The position numbers and the translations under genes are program-made. From a virus: 64,000 nucleotides of DNA. Shown here in pieces: positions 1 through 7,847 of this stretch (positions are counted from its first letter, which is position 1; each line of letters starts with the position of its first letter). The stretch lies in the IMG/VR virus record IMGVR_UViG_3300045988_148972; one strand, written 5' to 3'. The notes under the pieces were generated by a model that was given only the letters and a program-made list of their open reading frames with translations, searched no databases and had not been told where the DNA came from.

Positions 1-197
1 ATGGCTTCGTAAAGGGTTTTACCATCCTTTTCCGTGGCCAGACGGAATCCCATCATTTTAGATGCGTTACCCTGTGCGTCGGCATCTATTACCAGCACAC
101 GTTTACCAAGAGAATGTAAGGCTTTTGCCAGATTGACGGTGGTAGTGGTCTTCCCTACTCCACCCTTAAAGTTGAATGAAGAAATTGTAATTGCCAT
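1..197 (-). CDS. parA: ParA/Soj-family partition ATPase, N-terminal 65 codons (gene continues left of the window)
   Basis: Not in the ORF track because it runs off the edge. The reverse complement of 1-197 reads [46 protein letters not shown]... It has the deviant Walker A KGGVGKTT and the VIDxDxQ motif of ParA/MinD ATPases. Confidence 0.85.
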   Translation of the reverse strand, partial: MAITISSFNFKGGVGKTTTTVNLAKALHSLGKRVLVIDADAQGNASKMMGFRLATEKDGKTLYEA

Positions 198-310
198 ATC
201 AAATGTTTTTGTTTTATTACACTGCAAAGATAGTCGTTTTTTTTCATTTCCGCCATAAATACAGAAATATTTTTATGCAAAAATGTAAATATTCAAATGT
301 ACAAACGCAT

Positions 311-708
311 AAAAGTATTTTTGAATAAAAATATAAAAGCATTTTTATGTGGATGCATAAAATAATAATAGTATAAACGAATAAAAGTATAGAAGTATAA
401 AAACATAAAAGTATTTTTATATAAACATACTTTTGTGTGAAAATACAAAATGGGTGATGGAAAGATGTTTTAGTACAAAATCATAGAAGTATGAACATAT
501 AAAAGAATAATTGAGTAAAAGTATAAAAACATAAAAGTATAAAAGTATGAAAGTATGAAAGAATAAAAGTATCTACATTCAAATATGCAGACATATAAAA
601 GAATAATAATGTTTTAATACAAATGAATGAAAACATAAAAGCATGAAATAATAAAAGAGTAAAAGTATTTTTATATAAAAGCATAAAAGCATGTTTGAAT
701 AAAAGTAT
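311..708 (+). repeat. Iteron-like array of the 8-mer AAAAG[T/C]AT
   Basis: 13 exact same-orientation copies: AAAAGTAT at 311, 383, 407, 517, 533, 541, 565, 661, 701; AAAAGCAT at 335, 637, 677, 685. One inverted copy at 427-434 and about 7 one-mismatch variants. No credible ORF. Lies directly upstream of the parA start. Confidence 0.8.
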
Positions 709-742
709 TTATTATAAATCAGATAATCAATTAGTTTCAAAG

Positions 743-774
743 TTTGCTTATGTGCGGTAAAAACATTATATTTG
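743..774 (+). promoter_or_regulatory. Canonical Bacteroides-type promoter (-33 TTTG, -7 TATATTTG)
   Basis: TTTG at 743-746, a 20-nt spacer, then TATATTTG at 767-774, which matches TAnnTTTG. Confidence 0.55.
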
Positions 775-850
775 CAGAGAATTGAGCATGAAAATGTTCT
801 TTGTTTTATTACACCTGGATGGGGAACAGTGGTTCTTCATCCTTTTTCTT

Positions 851-881
851 TTTGATATTCAGAGAAAATAGGATATATTTG
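851..881 (+). promoter_or_regulatory. Canonical Bacteroides-type promoter (-33 TTTG, -7 TATATTTG)
   Basis: TTTG at 851-854, a 19-nt spacer, then TATATTTG at 874-881. Shares the same TATATTTGCA core as the site at 767. Confidence 0.55.
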
Positions 882-1026
882 CATCATCATGAGAAAAATA
901 GTAACCATGTTATTGCACACGGTGGTGTGAGTTATTTGTTATTATGAATTAATGTGTTAAGATGACATGCTCATTTCCATGTGAATGGATTTGAAAATAC
1001 ATGTTTTTTATAAATAGTTTATTGAT

Positions 1027-1059
1027 CGCGCTTCCCTGTGAAGGGAGGTGCGTTTTTTT
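1027..1059 (+). terminator. Intrinsic terminator
   Basis: CGCGCTTCCCT-GTGA-AGGGAGGTGCG forms an 11-bp stem (2 G-U pairs) and is followed immediately by T7 (1053-1059). Confidence 0.65.
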
Positions 1060-1094
1060 GTCCTTCATTACCATATTAACCTTGTATATCTTTG
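1055..1094 (+). promoter_or_regulatory. Phage late-type promoter cassette TTTTTG-TCCTTCA-N19-TAnnTTTG
   Basis: TTTTTGTCCTTCA at 1055-1067. The -7-like TATCTTTG at 1087-1094 lies exactly 26 nt after the G. ATG is at 1113. Confidence 0.6.
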
Positions 1095-1112
1095 TATCAA
1101 AACAAACGCAAG

Positions 1113-1376
1113 ATGAAGAAACCGACCAAACGTCTGCTCTGGACGGAGGCGTACAAGCTGATGAACGCCCGCACTCCGGACGGGAAAAACAAGCCGTTCG
1201 ACATACGTTTTGTGTGTAAGGACGGAACGATAAGCGAATGTTACAACGTGCAGCGTGCCGTTTCGTACAACCGCGAAAAGGGATACCGTAAACTGGTAAT
1301 GCCAAACGGAGATTTCCGTTACGTGTACGACGTACTTATTCTGCAGATTAACGACACAAAGATATTGGTTAAGTAG
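1113..1376 (+). CDS. Hypothetical protein (87 aa) immediately upstream of the portal gene
   Basis: ORF 1092..1376 begins at a TTG. The first ATG is at 1113, just after the promoter cassette. No motif recognised. Confidence 0.6.
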   Translation: MKKPTKRLLWTEAYKLMNARTPDGKNKPFDIRFVCKDGTISECYNVQRAVSYNREKGYRKLVMPNGDFRYVYDVLILQINDTKILVK

Positions 1377-1380
1377 TTAT

Positions 1381-3114
1381 ATGGCGACAAACACAAAAAA
1401 TACAAACCGTAAGAAGTCAAACCCGGGAATAAAGGAGTTCAGAGGAAAAGTGACTTCACTCGTAGACCGTGGATACCAGTATATAGGCATGGCCCGCGTG
1501 TCGGAAATCCCGTCTGTATCTTCCTCGGAAATGATGAAAGGGGGAGGGGCTATCGGCGGGCTGCCCATTCAGGGCACGTTTGATATTTTCGACAGCCGGC
1601 AGTCAAACCCGGTGCCGGTCAGCAATGCCGGGACACCCGGTCTGGGTTACATTCCATGGGGACCTGGCAACATGCTGCCGAATACTATCTACAAACTGGT
1701 AGGCAGTCTTCCATACACGGCGACCGCCATCAAATATATTATTGACCTGGCCGTAGGGCTCGGGCCGCAGCTTATGTACCGCTGGTCACGCTACGTAAAC
1801 GGTACGGTAAAGACTGAACTGATTCCCTTCAAGGATGCCGGACTACTGATTCGCAACCGCATCATGGAGATTCAGGCACAGATTGACCAGCAGAAAGCAG
1901 AAAGCGGAGAAGAGCAGGGTGGGGGAGGCACAATTACCTGGTCGCAGGCCGTATCTGGAGAGGAACAGAAAGATTCCGCAAAGGTTGGAACACCGGAATA
2001 CGAGCTGAAGCAGCTTCGTGAAGATTATCGCACCTGGGAAGAGACTGACAAGGAATGGGACAAGTTCTGTGAAAATAACAATCTGGAACTTCACTACCTG
2101 AAGTGCATGACAGACGACGCGCACATGGACATTTATTTCCCGACTATCGGGCTAAGCATCGGACGGAAGGACGAAGAGTGGGACCCGAAAATCGTCAAGT
2201 TAGGAAACATTCCGGCGGTGTGCTGCCGTATGGAGGAAATGGACGAACGGATGCGCATAAACTACGTGTATTATGCGGAGAAGTGGCGAAAGGATGCCAC
2301 GCCAAAGTTGGAAAGAAAGGATGTGGTGGCTTATCCCACACTGATGCCTGAAAATATGCTTACGGAGCTTCGCCGTCAGGTGGAAAAGAGTAAGAACCGT
2401 CCTCCAAAGAAACGTACCACCTGGTTCTGCTGTCCCAGCTACTATGCGTCTATGCTGAAACCTTATTACCCTCAGCCGGCCTGGTGGAGTATCTTCCCGT
2501 CGATGACCTTCGATTATGCCACGACTCTGATGGCTGATAAACACATGGCCCGCCAGAATGCGACCATGTGGGGGAAAATGATTTTCATCAACAACGAGTA
2601 CCTTCGTGCGATGTTCGATGAAATGGGAGCGGATACTACCGAAGCGAAACAAGCTGTACGTGACAGTATCTATAAGAAGGTGAATGAGTTCCTTCAACGC
2701 CGAGAGAACAACGGGAAAACTATTTGTCTGGACTCGTTTGTAGGCCCTGACGGGAAGACGATGCAGCATGCGGTGGAGATTGTGGATGTGCCGCAGGTAG
2801 CAAACTCAATAGAATTGAAAAACGAGTTGGAGGAAATATCCAGCATTATATTCTTTGCCATCGGTGTGCATCCGGCCCTTATTGGTGCGGTTCCCGGTAA
2901 AAGCGGTAGTAGTGGGGGAACTTACCAGCGCGAATTGCAGTTGCTCAAGCAAAACCAGCTTTCTACCCGGCAGCGTATTTATCTGCGGTTCCTGAAGAAT
3001 ATCTATACATTCAATAAATGGGACAAGCATGGAGAAATAGTCATCCGTCAGCAGACATTTACCACGCTCGACCGTAGCGCAACCGGCACAGAAGAGACAG
3101 AATCCACGCTATAA
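1381..3114 (+). CDS. Portal protein (putative)
   Basis: 577 aa. The N-terminal WGPGNMLPNTIYKLV...AIKYIIDLAVGLG block and the C-terminal GVHPALIGAVPG...YQRELQLL block resemble portal families. Size is typical of a portal. Confidence 0.65.
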   Translation: MATNTKNTNRKKSNPGIKEFRGKVTSLVDRGYQYIGMARVSEIPSVSSSEMMKGGGAIGGLPIQGTFDIFDSRQSNPVPVSNAGTPGLGYIPWGPGNMLPNTIYKLVGSLPYTATAIKYIIDLAVGLGPQLMYRWSRYVNGTVKTELIPFKDAGLLIRNRIMEIQAQIDQQKAESGEEQGGGGTITWSQAVSGEEQKDSAKVGTPEYELKQLREDYRTWEETDKEWDKFCENNNLELHYLKCMTDDAHMDIYFPTIGLSIGRKDEEWDPKIVKLGNIPAVCCRMEEMDERMRINYVYYAEKWRKDATPKLERKDVVAYPTLMPENMLTELRRQVEKSKNRPPKKRTTWFCCPSYYASMLKPYYPQPAWWSIFPSMTFDYATTLMADKHMARQNATMWGKMIFINNEYLRAMFDEMGADTTEAKQAVRDSIYKKVNEFLQRRENNGKTICLDSFVGPDGKTMQHAVEIVDVPQVANSIELKNELEEISSIIFFAIGVHPALIGAVPGKSGSSGGTYQRELQLLKQNQLSTRQRIYLRFLKNIYTFNKWDKHGEIVIRQQTFTTLDRSATGTEETESTL

Positions 3115-3152
3115 CATACATTTTTCTTCTTCTTTTTTGGTTTTATTCACAG

Positions 3153-3191
3153 AAAAAATCCCGGCAAAACGTCTGATTTGTCGGGATTTTT
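3153..3191. terminator. Bidirectional intrinsic terminator between convergent portal and early-block genes
   Basis: ATCCCGGCAAA-loop(8)-TTTGTCGGGAT stem, flanked by A6 on the left and T5 on the right. Confidence 0.65.
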
Positions 3192-3214
3192 GTTGATTTT
3201 GGCTCAAGTGTTTA

Positions 3215-3302
3215 TTAATAGATTTTTCAGTGGCGTAGTATCGCCACTTCAGTCGCGCTTAATAGATTTTTTGGTGGCGATACTACGCCACTAAACTCGC
3301 GT
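3215..3302. repeat. Two tandem 44-bp units, each carrying a GTGGCG-N6-CGCCAC site
   Basis: Units at 3215-3258 and 3259-3302 are 32/44 identical. The 18-bp sites at 3230-3247 (spacer TAGTAT) and 3274-3291 (spacer ATACTA) are exact reverse complements of each other. A related copy sits at 59573-59608. Confidence 0.8.
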
Positions 3303-3304
3303 AA

Positions 3305-3619
3305 CTACGATTTTTCTTCATCTTTGCTTTTGGAATCTTTATTTTCCGGCTGTTTTTCATGGCTCGTGTTCCCTTGAATGGCGTTTAAAAGATTGATAAT
3401 CAATCTGTGTTCAATCCGCTTTATCATCAGGAACTGGGTGTATGTCTTGGCTATCTGTGCAATGATGAAAGAAAGCATCAATATAATAGAGATGAAAAAA
3501 TTGTACAACAAGTCCCTTGTTTCAGTCCCGTTAAAATATGAAAAAACAGAAAAGGCTATTTGAGCACATACGATGATAGGGAAAATAAAGTTGATTGCTT
3601 TTAAGATTTTATCTTTCAT
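3305..3619 (-). CDS. Small membrane protein (2 predicted TM helices), hypothetical
   Basis: ORF track. Has hydrophobic segments FIFPIIVCAQIAFSVF and FFISIILMLSFIIAQI. Last gene of the leftward block. Confidence 0.6.
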   Translation of the reverse strand: MKDKILKAINFIFPIIVCAQIAFSVFSYFNGTETRDLLYNFFISIILMLSFIIAQIAKTYTQFLMIKRIEHRLIINLLNAIQGNTSHEKQPENKDSKSKDEEKS

Positions 3620-3658
3620 AATCTGTTTGTATTTTTATGTATAAATGAATGTATAAAA

Positions 3659-4078
3659 TTACTGTTCTATTTCCACACGCAGATAGGGCATTCCGCCTGG
3701 TAGCATTGGCCATATCTCCGCGTCTGGTGTAAGCATCCGCATCTGTTTCGAAGCGAGTCCAAGCAGGCAAAGCTTTTCTACTTCTGTATGGAATCCTGTC
3801 CATAATTCTCCATCTTTTGCGCAAGCAGCTTGCAGGAAAGAAGCTCCGCCACCTTTATCTTTAAAGAATCCGTCAGGTAATTGCAACAACATTTCTCTGA
3901 TTTCCTGCCGGTGCTTTTCGATACGTTCCGTATGGAATCCTACATTTACATTGGTATTCTGAATAGAACGCACAAAAAAATGAAGTCCTTCTTTCTTACA
4001 TTCTTCGTATTCTTCGTGGCTGCGAAACATGCAGTCGGCGAAAATTCGGTCCACGTTTTCAGTATTCAGTTCGGTCAT
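3659..4078 (-). CDS. Hypothetical protein
   Basis: ORF track. Start overlaps the stop of the upstream gene (4075-4078). Confidence 0.65.
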   Translation of the reverse strand: MTELNTENVDRIFADCMFRSHEEYEECKKEGLHFFVRSIQNTNVNVGFHTERIEKHRQEIREMLLQLPDGFFKDKGGGASFLQAACAKDGELWTGFHTEVEKLCLLGLASKQMRMLTPDAEIWPMLPGGMPYLRVEIEQ

Positions 4079-4827
4079 GGCTCTGTGATTTTAATGTCGT
4101 CAAGGTTATTCAAATAAACAATAATATCTTTAATAACATATACATATTCTACATTGCTTTCACCTCCCAGATAGGTAGCTGTATTTATTTCGTCAATATC
4201 CGAATGAGGGAAAGCGCTTTTGAAAAGTTCTTTCAGCATATTGAAGTTTTTTTCAGAGGCTGTAAGGTGGTGCCCGTAGTTTGTAACAGACGATACATCG
4301 AATCCTTTTTTCTTCAACATTTCCACCTGATTTTTTATTTCCTTTTCGCGACTGGAAGGGAAGATACTCCCTCTCAATGTGGCTGTCATTTTGTACCGGT
4401 CGAAAATAATTTCATCTATATTTCCGGTTCCTTCGTTGTGCCACCATTCATCAAATGATTCAGTGATAAGTTTCAACCTTTCCCTTGCATCCTCGTTCGA
4501 TACCTTCATGCCAAGCTGTTTTCTTAGTTCCCGGTTTTCATGGTTGAGTGAGCGTATCTCCTGGATGTATTCATTGTACTTTTTGTTGATGTCACCTTCA
4601 TATCCGAGGCTGTTCAGAATTTCTATAGAATTTTGTTCAAACAATTCTGCACTTGACTCTTTTGTACCTTCGTTTAGTTCCCCTTTTTGAAGCAAATAAA
4701 GCAATAATGAGAAATTTTTGACCAACGTCTCCATTTTTACACACAACATTCCGTGCAATGTTCCGTCCGGATCAAGAACCGGAGTATTATCATCGTTCTT
4801 TTTAAAGTTGATTTTTCTTTCTTCCAT
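4075..4827 (-). CDS. Hypothetical protein with central coiled-coil-like segment
   Basis: ORF track, 250 aa. No motif recognised. Confidence 0.65.
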   Translation of the reverse strand: MEERKINFKKNDDNTPVLDPDGTLHGMLCVKMETLVKNFSLLLYLLQKGELNEGTKESSAELFEQNSIEILNSLGYEGDINKKYNEYIQEIRSLNHENRELRKQLGMKVSNEDARERLKLITESFDEWWHNEGTGNIDEIIFDRYKMTATLRGSIFPSSREKEIKNQVEMLKKKGFDVSSVTNYGHHLTASEKNFNMLKELFKSAFPHSDIDEINTATYLGGESNVEYVYVIKDIIVYLNNLDDIKITEP

Positions 4828-4839
4828 GGTTTTTTCGTT

Positions 4840-5082
4840 TTATTCGGTATCTAAAATGTCATAGGTCTTATTATCTCCCTGATAGTCATCCAGCGGACAC
4901 CAGTCTGGGATTTCTATTGGTACATCAAGAACTTTGGTTACGTCATTTCGCTTTACCACCTTGTTTATTGGTGAACATAGAATAATATATCCAAAGGTAG
5001 CGTTCTCCAAGTTGTATTTGCGATGGAATACACATTCTTCGCAATGCGAAACAATTGTGCTGATTTTCTTTTTTTCTGCCAT
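4840..5082 (-). CDS. Small Cys-rich protein, paralog of 5089..5391
   Basis: CxxC near the N-terminus plus the shared C-terminal motif IPDWCPLDDY (IPEWCPLDCY in the neighbour). Confidence 0.65.
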   Translation of the reverse strand: MAEKKKISTIVSHCEECVFHRKYNLENATFGYIILCSPINKVVKRNDVTKVLDVPIEIPDWCPLDDYQGDNKTYDILDTE

Positions 5083-5088
5083 AGGTTT

Positions 5089-5391
5089 TTAGTTTCTATA
5101 TCTCACCAAAGGTGCCTCCCATTGTGAATCACGTGGCTTTTCTTCTTTAATCCCGTAAATTTCATTTTCTCCGGTGTAGCAATCCAGCGGGCACCATTCC
5201 GGGATAAAGTTACTCATATTTATCTTATCTGAGTGATAAATATAATCATCAGTAATGATTATTTGTTCTTTTTCTTTGCATACAAGCACTGAACCGGTTG
5301 AGCCTTGAGAAGAGTCGTACCTTTTTGAGTGTGGACACTTCAGGCAGTCGGTAATGACTGCGCTTATTCTGGGTTTAACTTTATTATCCAT
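5089..5391 (-). CDS. Small Cys-rich protein, paralog of 4840..5082
   Basis: CLKCPH near the N-terminus plus IPEWCPLDCY. Confidence 0.65.
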   Translation of the reverse strand: MDNKVKPRISAVITDCLKCPHSKRYDSSQGSTGSVLVCKEKEQIIITDDYIYHSDKINMSNFIPEWCPLDCYTGENEIYGIKEEKPRDSQWEAPLVRYRN

Positions 5392-5402
5392 ATTACTTAT
5401 TT

Positions 5403-6044
5403 TTATTCCGGTAGTGGGTTATCAAATATTTCTTTCAGTTTATTCATTGATTCCTGAATACGTTTTTCAAGGTTTTCCGTGTAGTGGTCATCATTTATCG
5501 GATTGGGGATAAATGTTGTTTCTACTCCGTAACGACCTATGTCAAGAGGGAGAGGGAAAAACGAAACAGTATCTACTGTCGTTCCTGGGATTAAATTGAC
5601 GGTAATGCTCACGCCTTTAACGTCTTTCACCATCGTAAACCAGACGCTATGATTCTTACACGTTGCGAGGTCCTTTATCAGTCCTTTCTCTTCCAGTGGT
5701 TTCAGGTATTTCGTAATGTATAAATCGGTGTTTACTGACTTCCTGTTTAGTTCATCATTAAGGGATTTATTTGCAGCCATCAGTCTTTGATAAATAAACC
5801 TCCGTTCTGGTGATCTGAATGTTTCCTCTGCTGACACATCGGACTTGAAAAATGTGATATGGTCTTCATCCGCCTCTGTTTCGATAATGACTTTCATTGA
5901 GTTTTCTCGTGACGGCTCATTAAGTCTGAACATGATTCGGCATCTGCATGGAATAACCCGCAAGTCTGTGATAATTCCTTTCTCTTCCAGCGGTTTCAGG
6001 TATTCAGACACATATTTTTCTATTGAGTAATCGTTTGCGGTCAT
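5403..6044 (-). CDS. Hypothetical protein made of two tandem copies of one domain
   Basis: YVSEYLKPLEEKGIITDL (N-terminal half) and YITKYLKPLEEKGLIKDL (C-terminal half). A related segment, YIRPLEYVGLVNRV, occurs in 53019..53606. Confidence 0.7.
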   Translation of the reverse strand: MTANDYSIEKYVSEYLKPLEEKGIITDLRVIPCRCRIMFRLNEPSRENSMKVIIETEADEDHITFFKSDVSAEETFRSPERRFIYQRLMAANKSLNDELNRKSVNTDLYITKYLKPLEEKGLIKDLATCKNHSVWFTMVKDVKGVSITVNLIPGTTVDTVSFFPLPLDIGRYGVETTFIPNPINDDHYTENLEKRIQESMNKLKEIFDNPLPE

Positions 6045-6048
6045 AGGG

Positions 6049-6564
6049 CTATTTTTCTTTTATTTCTCTGATTGACTGCATGAAATAAGCATTATCCAGC
6101 ATGTTGAGAAGTCCTCTTTCTTTTTCACTGATATACTTTTGTTTGTTCCACATTTCATATAAGGCATCTTCGGTGAGAAGTCCTGCCGGTAAAATACGTA
6201 TGGTGAAGGATTTCATATCTACATGCTTGATATGGTACTGCCAACATTTGTACTGCATGAAGTTTGCGTATTGGACGGCTATTCCCGGTCGGTCAATCAC
6301 AGATCCGAGGAAAAGCAGGACTGCGTTCTCAATGGTGTAGGTGTGGTTCTCTTTTATCCGGTCGTGAAGGATGGCGACTCCATTCCATTTACCTAGCAAG
6401 GATTCAAAATTTTTGTCTGTTCTGTAATGGGGTTCGTTTATCATACACATAAACAAAGTTTTTCCTTCTTCCGGTGTTAATTCTCTTTTGGGTTTCCGGT
6501 CAAGTTCCTCACACCATTTCTGAATGGCGTCCGGACCGAGATCTTTCTGATGTTTAAATTCCAT
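6049..6564 (-). CDS. Hypothetical protein
   Basis: ORF track, 171 aa. Confidence 0.65.
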   Translation of the reverse strand: MEFKHQKDLGPDAIQKWCEELDRKPKRELTPEEGKTLFMCMINEPHYRTDKNFESLLGKWNGVAILHDRIKENHTYTIENAVLLFLGSVIDRPGIAVQYANFMQYKCWQYHIKHVDMKSFTIRILPAGLLTEDALYEMWNKQKYISEKERGLLNMLDNAYFMQSIREIKEK

Positions 6565-6586
6565 AGCTATATTGTTTAATGGTTTC

Positions 6587-6862
6587 TTACTTTATACGTT
6601 CCGACTGTTCCGCACATGTTACACGGCCAATTTCAAGGTTTCTGCAGCTCATACATGTGGGTACGGTAGGGGAGTAGACACGTCCGCATTTCGGGCAGAT
6701 CCATCCGTATATCGCTGATGCTGGTATATTGTCAGCAGGTTTGTTTTCACTGCGGGCCATTTCAACGGCCTTCATTGCATCGTCCAGAGATACGGTGTAG
6801 TATAATTCACCTCCAATGAATCGGCCCGTTTTCTTTTTGTCAAGGTATTCTTTGGGTGTCAT
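6587..6862 (-). CDS. Zinc-ribbon protein, paralog of 54941..55183
   Basis: GWICPKCGRVYSPTVPTCMSC here against GWVCPVCSRAYAPSVSECTEC in the paralog. Confidence 0.65.
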   Translation of the reverse strand: MTPKEYLDKKKTGRFIGGELYYTVSLDDAMKAVEMARSENKPADNIPASAIYGWICPKCGRVYSPTVPTCMSCRNLEIGRVTCAEQSERIK

Positions 6863-7194
6863 GGTTCAATTATTTGTAGTTCATTACCAACTTTCAGTTT
6901 GGCTAAGAGTGTATTTACGGCTGCTACCTGATTTGACAATTCATTGAGGTAGATCCTAAATATTTCTTTCATCAGCTTGTCATCCACGTTTATATTGACA
7001 GTCTTGGATTTTCCTTTTTTATATCCGAACAATTTTCGTTCTTTGTAGATAATGAACTGATGAAGTTGAATATCTTCCATCTCTTTCATGTTTTGAATGG
7101 CTCCATCGAGCATTTTCAGCCTTCTTGTGGCTTCCACTTCATTACCAAGGATTCCCTCGACTTCATCTATCAGTTTCTTTAGATCTTCCGTCAT
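6859..7194 (-). CDS. Hypothetical protein
   Basis: ORF track. 4-nt start/stop overlaps with both neighbours. Confidence 0.65.
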   Translation of the reverse strand: MTEDLKKLIDEVEGILGNEVEATRRLKMLDGAIQNMKEMEDIQLHQFIIYKERKLFGYKKGKSKTVNINVDDKLMKEIFRIYLNELSNQVAAVNTLLAKLKVGNELQIIEP

Positions 7195-7445
7195 AACTCA
7201 TTCTGTTTATGGTTTGTGGGGTAATCACTCCACTCTCTTATCTCTGCATTGCAGCAGGGGCACAAAACATATAGCAATGTTTTTTCTATTCTTGTAAATG
7301 GGAACTTCCCATCACTTCTGGATAGCACGTCCCTTTTATCGAAAGTAAACTCGCACCCGCAGAACTGACAGGTCGCTATTTTCTTATCGTATTTCCCTTC
7401 TTTGATAATTTCAATCATATTGTTACAGGTTAGACAACACCACAT
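7191..7445 (-). CDS. Small zinc-finger-like protein
   Basis: CLTC, CQFCGC and CPCC pairs in 84 aa. Confidence 0.6.
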   Translation of the reverse strand: MWCCLTCNNMIEIIKEGKYDKKIATCQFCGCEFTFDKRDVLSRSDGKFPFTRIEKTLLYVLCPCCNAEIREWSDYPTNHKQNEL

Positions 7446-7480
7446 ACATGGCTGCCAAAAACAGATAATATAATTTGGTT

Positions 7481-7831
7481 TTACTCATGGCTGATTGCCT
7501 TTACATATTGTTCAAGAATTGATTTCACTTTTCGGATGGACTCTGTTTCCAGGTGGATGACGGGATGTAAATATTCTTCGCATTCATCTTCGTTTGTATA
7601 TAGGATGTACAGCATATCTTCTTTAAATTCCACGCCTTTAAATCTGACTTCAACGCCATCTGCCTGGAAAAATATTTCATCTTCCAGATCCAGTTCGTCG
7701 ACAATCTCATAACTTTCTATTCTGAAACCATCCATGTCGTCGTATTCACAGACGGGAGCGAGGAGCAGATAAATTTCTCCATAAAGCTTGAATCGCTCCA
7801 GCATTTCTTTTTTGGTGATTTCTATTTTCAT
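7481..7831 (-). CDS. Acidic hypothetical protein
   Basis: ORF track, 116 aa, D/E-rich. Confidence 0.6.
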   Translation of the reverse strand: MKIEITKKEMLERFKLYGEIYLLLAPVCEYDDMDGFRIESYEIVDELDLEDEIFFQADGVEVRFKGVEFKEDMLYILYTNEDECEEYLHPVIHLETESIRKVKSILEQYVKAISHE

Positions 7832-7847
7832 GGTTACTTAGTGTTGA

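Noticed and set aside
481-684. 67-aa minus-strand ORF (MLLYKNTFTLLLFHAF...)
   Set aside because: It lies entirely inside the AAAAGTAT iteron array. Its low-complexity F/L/Y composition is just the translation of the repeats.
311-708. Possible CRISPR array
   Set aside because: The repeats are only 8 nt, irregularly spaced, without unique spacers of uniform length, and no cas genes are present. An iteron or centromere array fits better.
949-1305. ORFs 949..1305 (-) and 1001..1219 (+)
   Set aside because: They overlap the terminator, the late promoter cassette and the better-supported CDS 1113..1376. They have no independent signals.
2200-2769. 189-aa antisense ORF inside the portal gene (also 1843..2124, 2806..3030, 2103..2351)
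   Set aside because: They are embedded in or antisense to a recognisable portal gene. Arg/His-rich composition is typical of antisense frames in GC-rich DNA.
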